This document shows, one piece after another, positions 51,511-61,891 of a DNA stretch of 64,000 nucleotides. Source of the stretch: Blepharisma stoltei ATCC 30299. Lineage: Eukaryota > Protista > Ciliophora. The stretch covers positions 1 through 64,000 of the forward strand of contig CBFDEM010000055.1 of NCBI GenBank assembly GCA_965603825.1, in the 5' to 3' direction. Position numbers and translations under genes: made by a program. The stretch's first letter is position 1. Each line of letters opens with the position of its first letter. The notes beneath the pieces were generated by a model that saw only the letters and a list, made by a program, of their open reading frames with translations, did not search any database and had not been told where the DNA came from.

Positions 51511-52651
51511 AACTAATTTGAAAATCATTTTCATAAGTGCTAATAAAATTGACTATTAATATATTTTTATTAGCTATTAGAGTGCTTCATTTTTAGGCTT
51601 ATAATAAATCTTTAGAGTTAAAATTTTATTTTTATTATAAAGTCTTAAATTTTGGGTATTTAATGAATTATCAATAGATGAGCTTATTGATAGCAGAAAG
51701 GGATAAATGAGAAACTGAAATCACTTTTGAAGTTATTTAGAATTTCCTTAAACTTAATAATCTTGATGCTCTTAAAATAAGGAACATTCTTTAAAAAGAC
51801 TTTGCATGCTTGATAATGCTCTAATGACAAAATTTATTGTAAAAATAAAAGATCAGGCAAAAGTGGCTAGATCCCAAGTTATAAAATCATCTGAGCTCAA
51901 AAATATTTCGTCTAAATAAAATATTCCACTCTATTAAATTCTTGATTAGCTTTAGATAGAAATTAATACCTAGTGAGAGTAAACTGATAGGTTTTTTGTT
52001 TCTAAACAACTAGTAAGATTAGAATATCCTAAATAAAGTTTACAGCAAATTTATTTTCTTTAATCCCTTTAAGTTAGAAAGTAATGGTATTTTAACTTTT
52101 AATCGTAGGTCTGTTTAGATTTTTTGACGTGTGCTCATTCTTTATTTAGATAATTTATTATCAATTTTCCATTTTCTCTTAGGAATAAATAATTCAAATT
52201 TAGTTTTCCATTTTCCTTTTAATTTTATGACAATTATAGATAAATTATTTTAAGTCCAGGCCATCTTAAAATTAACCAAAGCCTTATTATGAAATTTAGC
52301 TACTATTAATAGAGTTCTATTAGAATCTTTCGTTTAAAAGACTTTAAACTTTTTATAAGGAATTTTGATATTATCATTAAAGATTGATTTATTTTTAAAT
52401 ATCTGACAATTTCAAATATCGAAAATAATAAGTTTATTTTAATTTTTCTCCATCAGCATCAACACATAAGTATGCTAAAATTCAAAGGGGAAAATTAAGA
52501 CCATATTTAAGTAGAGATAATAATTAAAGGTTTGATTAGAGAAATATTTACAAAAGTTGAATTTCATAGAAAAGTTTATTCTTTACAAAAAGAATCGCTG
52601 CTATGCTTACATAATAATTAGAATTAATGCATCCACTTAAGCTCATTTTTA

Positions 52652-53266
52652 ATGTCGACTATACTTAATATGGATAGCATTTTACAACAAGTGGAGGATG
52701 TTGCAGCTAAAGCAAGAGCCTTAAATGAAAAATTCAAGCTTACAGCTGTTGGGTGCCTTATTAATTTTCTAAGAGATAATGGGCCTGCTACTCTAGAATC
52801 CCTTGTAGATTATATAAGCCTCAAAAGAGATGTGCTCTTGACAGCTAAAGGAGAAAAATTCACTAAATCGGCGGCTGGCATTGTAAAATACGTATTGAGC
52901 TGGCATCCAAAAATCTTTTTAATTGACAGTTGCTTTAATTACTATTTAAGTGTAACTTTCATATAGGAAGAAGAAGCCGCAAAGTGTGAACTAGAATACA
53001 AAAATAAAGAAGAAAATAGACACGAAAATGAAAACTTATTTAGAATCTGCACCAAAAGAGAAACAGAAACAAAAAGACAGAAGAGAATGGCACTGAAAAG
53101 AATAAGGCTTACTATAGAAAGTGACTTAAAAAAGCCTCCTCAAGAATACTCTCCGATAACAAAAGCCTATTTAGTTCTGACATCTGGGGATATTGAAGTA
53201 GCTGCTGGTCTAAGGCAATTGGTGAGAAAAACTTACACTGAACTCGTAGAGCTTAAGCAATTATAA
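52652..53266 (+). CDS. Hypothetical 199-aa protein, possible winged-helix N-terminal domain; intron at 52952-52966
   Basis: Intron GTAACTTTCATATAG links the track ORF to an open second exon ending TAA at 53266. Paralog at 56835. Confidence 0.8.
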
Positions 53267-53744
53267 TAATATCATTGAAACTCATTGACATTTTTTATAA
53301 ATTTTAACTCTATATTTTCCTATCATATATAGATATAAATATTATAATCCATTTTTAAGTAATTCTTTATAAATTAAATAATAAAGATATTTCAAAATTA
53401 ATGTGTGTTTTGCATCTAATTTAAAGTAAAAATAAATGAAATATAGATATAGTTTGATGAAATATGCAAGAAATTATAAAATTCCATTTATTTTTTGAAA
53501 TATTAAAAGCTAAATTTATAGTGGATGACTGCTAATTTTATTTATTCAAATTTTATAAATTGTTTTATATAATTAATCACCTCAGCATTTTATAAGGCGC
53601 AAATAATTGAGTTTGTAAAGTTTAAAAATATCTTAAAGAAATCTAGACACGTTGCATCCCACATAACGTCAAGTACAGAGTGGAAGCCTAGAGCTTTCGC
53701 GTTTTAACACGTGTCGGACCTGCATGCCGCTGGGCTGACCTAAT

Positions 53745-54041
53745 TTAATTAGCAAGAAACGCTTGGAAATGGTGTTTCAACCTCAAAGGTTCAAGAGTAA
53801 GTTGCTTCTGTCTTCCTTGGCACTGTGATATGGCTATATCTTCTTTGCTGCCGCAGCATGAAAATTTAAAGTCATGGGCCTTTCAAATTCCCTCGGAGTA
53901 GGCCAAAGTTCAGGTGCCTACTTTCAAATTCTCTAATGTCTTGGCTGGGATAGAAATCCCATATAAAGCCAAGCCTCATAATAGCAAAATGCAAAATAGT
54001 GGGTACCGATCAGTAAATCGGTGCCTTGGGAATGTTTCCAT
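53745..54041 (-). CDS. Possible 98-aa membrane protein or pseudogene in a GC-richer island
   Basis: Open only with TGA=W (3 codons): METFPRHRFTDRYPLFCILLLWGLALYGISIP...; one hydrophobic segment. Confidence 0.35.
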
Positions 54042-54729
54042 TTTATGAATTTGAAAATATCAATTTATAAATTTTAAAATTTAGTCTAATTGATGAAATT
54101 ATCTTTAAAGGCTTATAACTCATAATCTATTTTTTGGCAAATACTATTCCTTAAAGTTTGCTATTCTGGCTTAAAAATAAGTCAGAATCAAAAAATATAG
54201 CTATTTTTGAAATTAAATCAAATCATGTAATTTATAAGTCCAAAGCCTAAATATTATTTGTCTAAGTGATGGTAATAAACGTCTTGAGCCTTGAAAATTA
54301 GTAGGTATGTGAGTATTCTTAACCTGTGTCGAAAAATATGCACTCTATTGCTATTATTGCCATTATATCACATGCAAATTCTGTTCAATATTAAAAAATA
54401 TTTTCGCATATTGACCTGTATTTTACTCGATTCCGCATAGGCAAAGTTATTCAAAACACATGAATTTTAATTCTCGATGGCTCCAATTATCGATAATATC
54501 AATGATTAAGCAGATAATAAGCTAAACATAAAAGAATTAAAATCTTTATCAATAATTTTATATATTTTTGAAATTTATAAGAGTATTTTGCTCTCTTAAA
54601 TTTGATCCACATTAAAAATACAAAATTATTATATCTTTATCTAGCATATAAAAATTATTATTTCAATAAAACTATTAGAGGCCTGATCATTATATCTTAA
54701 CGTGATATTTTTGCATTTTTTTAGAGTTT

Positions 54730-55505
54730 CTGGAACATCTCATGCTCGATACCAAATTTTCATGCTTTTATTCACATTAATTAGAATTCAAGAGCCGGAC
54801 ACTACATATGGGTGTAGATTGAACTGAGAAACTGTAAATGATATACATTGAATATATACCTTATGAATAAAAGTTTGTTAGACTCTCGCGATAAGATACT
54901 CGATATATCAATTTAGTAGATGTATTAATATCTTAAGACGCATATATACAGAATTTTTGAATTAGCAGAAGACGGGGCTGTTAAAACCAATATAGCCCCT
55001 GCTTTTAGCTGGAATTGTGCAATGAAAATATGTTGATCCTTGGGACATATTAAAATGCCGTTGTTAGATGAGTATAAAGGGCTCCTGGATGGAGACAAAT
55101 CTTTAAGGGGAATTATTTCAATCATATCGTTTTTCCAAAAACTCTTGTTGATTTGACAATTTTCCCAAGTAAATTATGATAGAATGTGCTGAAAAAGCTT
55201 TTTAAATATCTTTATAAGAATAAATTCAATTTAGAATAGCATTAAAGACAAAAGTGCCTGAACTGATATATTTTTATCTTGTGAGACTGAATAGATAGAT
55301 AGCATTTTTTCTTGGATATCTGGGTTTTATATGGCTATAGAACCAAACATATAGTTGGCATCAATAATTTGTCCTGTTTAGATTGATCTTTTTATTATCC
55401 CGAATGCCCTACAAAGGGTAAAGTCGCAGTTGTAGTGGCTGACATCTAAGCTTCATAAGGATTTTTGAAACCCAAATTTGCATTCACTGGGTTTATAATG
55501 CTGGA
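54730..55505 (-). pseudogene. Decayed copy of the 5' part of the 2206-aa surface protein gene
   Basis: Colinear nucleotide similarity to ~48820-49495, e.g. cccaaatttgcattcactgggtttat, gatggagac..atcttt..atttcaat..tcgtttttccaaa, gaact.agaaactgtaaatg. Indels disrupt the frame. Confidence 0.75.
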
Positions 55506-56834
55506 CCTCTAAATCATTATAAAAGATTCATAGCATCATAAAGTTTCTAATGATTGAGAATTATATATTTATCTCTCTAGCAGCTTAGTATGAAATATTT
55601 GCCATAGAATAAACAGCTTTATATCAGATCCTGCAATTAAAGAATATATAAGGGTGAAAAGTAAATATCTTTTAAACGATCCCTGAAGAATTAAAGAATT
55701 GACTACTTAATTGTCTAATTTTAAATTATTTCTTAAACTAGGTAAGTCAATAATCTTAGCGTTGTTATAACTATATTAAATCAAAAAATATTTTTAAAAG
55801 TCTAATAGCTATTTATTTAAGTTAAAGGGATCATTAATTTTGATATTTTATTTTACTCTTTATTTTGGCTTTTAAATTAAGGAATTTACTCAATAATCTC
55901 TTTATTTTTCCTTATGGAATCCTTATACGAAAATTTTTTATTTCCTTTTACAATTGAAACCATTTTAGCCTATAAGTCTTTTATGTCTAAATCATAAAAA
56001 ATAAACTCTAAAATTTTTTAGGATTATATTTCTGAAATGTGAATCATCTCAGATTTTTTTTTCAATCTAGATTTCGAAAATTATTGCAAACAATTTATCA
56101 TAATTATAAAATACCATTTTTTTTGAGGGAATTCCATAATTAACAAATTTTATTGTTAACTCAAAGCAGATGCTAAATAAAAATTTGAAAATATGTCAAA
56201 CTTGATTTATAAATTAATTAAAGTCTAATAGCAGAATAAAGTGATTTGGATAATTGTTATAATGATATCGTATTTTAGTTCATTGAATTAAAAATGACAT
56301 TGAAAGCTCATTTTCTACTTAGGCTATACACTATCTATTTATTTTGCTCAAGTTTATACAATTATTTACTTTCCATTTTTCTGATCTTTAAGAATTGAAA
56401 AGATAAAAAGTTGATTTTCCATTTTACTTTCAATTTTTCAATAATTATAGATAGATAGTAATTAAACCTAAAGTTTAATGAAAAATGAAATTTAAGATTA
56501 ATTTAGAAAACAATTTAGAAAAATAATAAATTTTAGCATAAATAAACGAAGTTTTTAAAAAATTACCCAAATATCGAATTTCTTTTATTTTAAATGCTCG
56601 TTGATGTAGTATATAGAGCTTAATAATAAATAACTTTTATTTCCATCTATATAGTCGTCAATTTATTAAGGAATCATATTGGAGAAAATTTTAATGTTTG
56701 CAATTTTTGCAATAATGATAATCCGAAAAGATGAAATTTAAGTCCTGAGACTTTAATTTGAAAAAGCATCAATAATGATTTTATGAGAATTCATAAGTGA
56801 GCCTTAAGATATGTCCATTTTAGCTGGTCGTTTA

Positions 56835-57449
56835 ATGTTGACTATATTTATTATGGACAATATTCTTCAAAGCCCAGCCAACATTACTGATAAAGCAAGA
56901 ATTCTCGACGAAAAATACAAACTTTCAGCTGTAGGGTGCCTCGTACACTTTTTAAAAACTAATGGTCACTCAACTTTCGAGTCTCTTGTTGACTACATAA
57001 AATTAAAAAAAGATGAGCTCTTGACTACCAAGGGAGGAAAATTCTCTAAGCCAGCGTCTGGCATTGCGAATTATGTCTTAGGTTGGTATCCTAAAATATT
57101 CTTAGTCAATAGCCAATTACGCTATTATTTAGATGTAACCACCATATAGGAAGAAGAAGCAGCAAAACATGAATTAGAGTTCAAAAATAAAGAGGCGAAT
57201 AAGCAAGAAAATGATAACTTTTTCCCAATACATTCTAAAAGAGAAGATGAAGCGAGTATACAAAGGAGAAAAGCAATGAAGAGGATAAGGTTTACAATTG
57301 AAAGCGATTTAAAAAAAAGTCGAGAAGAGTATTCTCCAATTACAAAAGCCTATTTAGTCCTGACGTCTTACGATAATGAAGCGATTACTGACCTTAAAAA
57401 GCTCATAAGGAAAACATATACTGAGCTAATATTATCTAAAAACTTTTAA
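56835..57449 (+). CDS. Paralog of the 52652 gene, 199 aa; intron at 57135-57149
   Basis: Same span (615 nt) and same intron position (GTAACCACCATATAG). Shared AVGCL, ESLVDYI and EYSPITKAYLVLTS. Confidence 0.8.
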
Positions 57450-57975
57450 AAAAATAATTTACATTTTTAGTGATTTTCTCTATATTTTTAACTTTATGTG
57501 TATAAGCGATATTTGAGTTAATGCTATCTAAAAATTATAAAAAAAAGTAAAATTAAAACATTTACAACGTTATTGACCCTCTCTATATATTACCTTTATA
57601 TGTAGATCAAATGATAAATTACCATTTTATTTTATTGTTTAAATTTTAATTTTATTAATTTTAAAAAATTTTGAGAAAGATAAAACAATTTCAAACTAAT
57701 GTGATTTTGGTGGGTTTTATAAGAAATATCACTATTCACCCCAGCATCTATTTGAAGTAGGATTATAAAATATAAAATTAAGCCTTATCTTATTAAATAG
57801 CAAAGCACCTTTAAAAATAATCGATAATTAACTCAAGATAATGCGAAATGTCTAGAGTCTTCGAATTATTAATTTGCTTAAGTAATTTATCATAAAATAT
57901 AACATTAAAATATTGCATAATTTATTATTAAATTCAATTAGACCCCATAAGATTTAATAAATAATTATACAATAA

Positions 57976-58887
57976 TCATCTCAAGTTGTTGGAAGTGGCT
58001 CAACCCCAATTACCTTTGACTGGCTTATGGGTGGAACTACCTATACAATAACAGCATTTGCTGACAACAAATTGATCAATGATACTTCATCATATAAAGC
58101 AATGACTGTCAATATCTCAACTAGTGATCTCCCACAAATCCAATCCACATCAGTTACTTTTTCAGGAAGTATTCCAACAAGCACTGGTGATAGCATCAGA
58201 CAAAAGCTCGCAAAGAATATGGGTGTTAATCCATTATGGTTAACTGGCCAAAGTGTTACCCCATCAACCAGAATGCTCGCAGATGGCACAGGGACAACAA
58301 CCACAACTACATTCGCTTATAATGTGATTTATGATAGAAGCAAACCAAGCTATACACCTTCAGGCATCATTGGAAACCTTGATAGTGCAACTGCTACAAG
58401 TGAATTAACGACATTGGTTGGAACTGCGCCTACTTATGGAGCCACTAATGCTGTTCAAACTGGCACTGCACCATCTTTGACAAGCCCATCAGTAACCACT
58501 AAAACTGACACCTCTGTAACATTGAGTGCAACTTCTAGTCAAGTAGGAACTATTTATGCAGCTTGCAGCACTTCTTCAGGATATACAGCATACTCATGGC
58601 AAGTTGTAGATGGGCTGGATGGTACTTCTTCAGCTGTCCCACATGGCTCGGCAACTGTTGCAACAGCAGCTACAGCTGTGACATTAACAGTGTCAAACAT
58701 GAGTGCAGGCAGGAGTTATAGTTGCTACCTTACAGCATGCAACAGCTATCCATTGTGGTCGACATGCAGTGACGTAACTACATCAACAACTGTCACAGTT
58801 ACAACAAGCGGTTCAAGCTCAACTGATAGTAGTGCAGTTGTCATGGGAACAGGAGTTTTAGCAGCACTCTTCTTAATCTTTAACTAA
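57976..58887 (+). CDS. 5'-truncated paralog of the surface protein (C-terminal about 300 aa only)
   Basis: SSQVV...LMGGTTYT..., WQVVDGLD, CYLTACNSYPLW, ...LIFN align with the end of the 43111 gene. Homology starts right after TAA at 57973-57975, and there is no signal peptide. Confidence 0.7.
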   Translation, partial: SSQVVGSGSTPITFDWLMGGTTYTITAFADNKLINDTSSYKAMTVNISTSDLPQIQSTSVTFSGSIPTSTGDSIRQKLAKNMGVNPLWLTGQSVTPSTRMLADGTGTTTTTTFAYNVIYDRSKPSYTPSGIIGNLDSATATSELTTLVGTAPTYGATNAVQTGTAPSLTSPSVTTKTDTSVTLSATSSQVGTIYAACSTSSGYTAYSWQVVDGLDGTSSAVPHGSATVATAATAVTLTVSNMSAGRSYSCYLTACNSYPLWSTCSDVTTSTTVTVTTSGSSSTDSSAVVMGTGVLAALFLIFN

Positions 58888-59491
58888 GTCTTTTCAATCT
58901 AACTCTTGTTTTAATAATTCTTTTTGCCATTTTCATATAAATCTTATAGATTTCCAATAGAAAGAAAGGTTTTCTCGTTAATACTGAGCTCCTTATCTAT
59001 TCAATTAGAATTGTTTTCGTGAAAACCTTACACTTAAAAAAAGCATTTTTGTAGCTTGGAGTATAGAAAAAAAGCCTTTAATTGAAAATGGGTACTCAAC
59101 CTGGCTTAATTTTATGATTTATAATCAAATGATATCCCTCGTTGAGTAAATTTTAAGATTTTTTAAAAAGAGGAGATTTGCTGCTAAAATTAAAGTTGGT
59201 GAAATCAAGGCACCTAATAAAAATAACTTATTTTCTATTTTAAGATATCACATTCCTAAATAATTCCTTATAAAGTGCTTTAAATCTTTAGCTCTATCTG
59301 CTTTATCATGAATTTTCCAAAAAATCTAATGTTGCGACTCCATTTTGCATAAATCTAGCTTAATCCCTTCCCAGGCTGAATTTCTCTCAACTAAATCTAA
59401 TATTTATCTTTTCTTCAATCTAAGCAAGCTTCCTCATTTATCTCCCTAATAACCTTAATTTCATTCATCCTCATAATTTCTCAAATTTAAT

Positions 59492-61150
59492 ATGAGCACA
59501 ACATGGACAATTGGGAGTCAAAACCAAACCTCAGAACTAAAAAATTACAGTCTCCCCGGCGTCATCTCATTCTTAGGCGAGCACTGTAAACAAATAGAAA
59601 TCGAGCGCACCCATTGGCTAGTCGAAAAAAAGCAGCTGACCGAAAGAATCGCACAGCTGGAAGGCGAAAACAAATCTCAAGACAACATCGTCAAAGATCT
59701 GACCAGAAGAATAAAAATGCTTGAATATTCTTTAAGACAAGAACGCATAAAATACGCAAAACTGACAGGAGGCCATCACAGGGTAAATTCAGATGTGATA
59801 ACAAGCATTTTATCACGGGATGACAAAAATGGGGAAAATTCTGGAAATTCATTGCCTAAGCGACGGACACGGGCACACAGACAGCTTTTATCGAAATATT
59901 TACAAGAGCTAGGACTTGACGATATTTTTACTGGGGACTTGCCACCAAGGCCATCTGCACATCATAGGCCTAGTAAAAGTTATGGAAGCGGAATTCAAGC
60001 TTTAATTGAAGCCCCAGAGGTAGAAACTAAGCCAATTCCGAAGCCAGACGTCATAAAAAGCAATTCTTTAACAGAAGAAAAAATAAAAAGGTCATGGGAA
60101 TTAAAAGCAACCCTAAAATCGCATATGGATGGTGTCAGAAGTGTATATTTCGCCCCGAAAAATGGAATTTTGGCGACTTCTTCTGAAGACTGTGTGATCA
60201 AGCTGTGGGATATTTCAAATTATGAGACACTTAATGAAAGCAGCTTTTTTGAGCCTTATTTTACATTAAGAGGCCATAAAGGCCCAATTTTTTGTAGTAC
60301 CGGAAATCAAATAGGGAATGAGCAGCTTTTGTATACAGCAGGAAAAGAAGGGAACATCAGGGTGTGGGATTTAAGGCCACCTAGTGAAATTGACACTTAT
60401 AACCCTGGGCCTGACAGAGGCTGCTGTGTAGGTGTATGAGCAAGTCATTCAGAACCTATTTGGGATTTGCAGCACCATCCTTTAGATAATTTATTACTAT
60501 CAGTAAGTTCTGATGGTGTCACAAAGCTATGGAAAACCATGGATACAAGAGCTTCTATTGAAAACTGGGAACTAGGTAGGGCAAGCTCAAATTTGCTTAA
60601 AAATTACACATTTCCTACCAATGACGGTGACGAGTTCCACATCCCAACTTGTTGTGCTTGGGTTATGACAGAGCTAAACTCTTTCGTTGTAGGCTACACA
60701 AGCCCATTTTTGAACATTTTTGACAAGCAGACAGGAAAACCTACGATCATAAAATTCGTAAAAGACCAGAATGCACCATCAGTGACATATCAGATAAATT
60801 CTATAGTAACAGATCCGAACCACAGCTTGGCAGTTTCAGGGCACGAAGACAAGCACTTAAGATTTTTCGATTTAAATAGCTGCACTTGTGTAAAAGATTT
60901 GGTAGGACATACTGAATCAGTCAGTTCTTTACTTATGGACAAATATGGAAATTATGTGATTTCTGGAGGACATGACGGAAGTTTGAGGTTCTGGGATATG
61001 AGAAATTATCAATGTTTGCATGAAATTCCTGCTCATAGGAAGAAATACGATGAAGGGGTATTTTCGATTGCTCAGCATCAAAATTTGCCAATTTTGGCCT
61101 CTGGAGGTGCTGATTCTTTGGTCAAGTTTTATCATGCGTCTGATGATTAG
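59492..61150 (+). CDS. STRN: Striatin (PP2A B''' subunit, STRIPAK scaffold), 552 aa
   Basis: YSLPGVISFL..ERTHW..RIAQLEGE..DLTRRIKMLEYSLRQER N-terminal domain plus WD40 repeats ending AHRKKYDEGV..LASGGADSLVK; joined by TGA=W at 60437. Confidence 0.95.
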
Positions 61151-61209
61151 ATAATGATTGTTTATAATTAAGGGTTATTAAAATTAATTTAAAGAAAAAA
61201 ATAAAAGAG

Positions 61210-61282
61210 TTCCGCATCCGGGACTTGAACCCGGGTCTACAGGGTGAGAGCCTGTTATCCTAACCAGCTAGACTAATGCGGA
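61210..61282 (-). tRNA. tRNA-Glu(CTC)
   Basis: Acceptor stem TCCGCAT/ATGCGGA, anticodon arm ACAGG-CTCTCAC-CCTGT, T arm CCGGG-TTCAAGT-CCCGG, downstream T-run. Confidence 0.96.
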
Positions 61283-61817
61283 GATATTCATAAAAAATAA
61301 ATTAACTATAAATACAATTCAGAACAAAAGAAATAAGCATGAATTTTTCGAATTCTTTAAGTTAGGATAAATAAATTAATAAATTTCGATTATTTTGATA
61401 ATTTAATATTTATAAGGTTATGATAAGTTCTTTTGCTTTTTATTTTGCGGCTTTTTGATTAAGGATTCTCATATTTGAGCTTTATTTCTAGCTTTATGTG
61501 GTGTAAATTTTGCAAGCGAAAATTAATAATTAAAAAGTTAAGAATAGATTTTATAATTCATATAAACATTGCAGCATTGATAAAGAAAATTTAAGTTAAA
61601 TAATCTTATTTCAAAAAGCCTTTAAGCATAATTATTATTTAAATTTTAATTTTTCTTATATCAAAGCATTTACATTTTAAATCATGAAGCCTTCTTGAAA
61701 AATTTTTTAAATACTAATATATATATCTAAGTAATTAAAGAGAAGAGCTTCATAAAGCGAATGAATAATTGAGAAGCAAGGACGAGTATTTAAGAGAATT
61801 TGCTTATTTAATTGTGC

Positions 61818-61891
61818 GCCGTGGTAGCTCAGCTGGGAGTAGCGTAAGACTGAAGATCTTAAGGTCCCCGGTTCAATCCCGGGTCACGGCA
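61818..61891 (+). tRNA. tRNA-Phe(GAA)
   Basis: Acceptor stem GCCGTGG/TCACGGC, anticodon arm TAAGA-CTGAAGA-TCTTA, T arm CCCGG-TTCAATC-CCGGG, TTTTT terminator at 61893. Confidence 0.95.

Noticed and set aside
53640-54045. Telomerase RNA candidate
   Set aside because: There is no CCCUAACA-type template on either strand.
14276-61150. Fragmented ORFs read as pseudogenes or operons of small genes
   Set aside because: The pieces are in frame and separated only by TGA at Trp positions or by 15-nt introns, so they are single intact genes.
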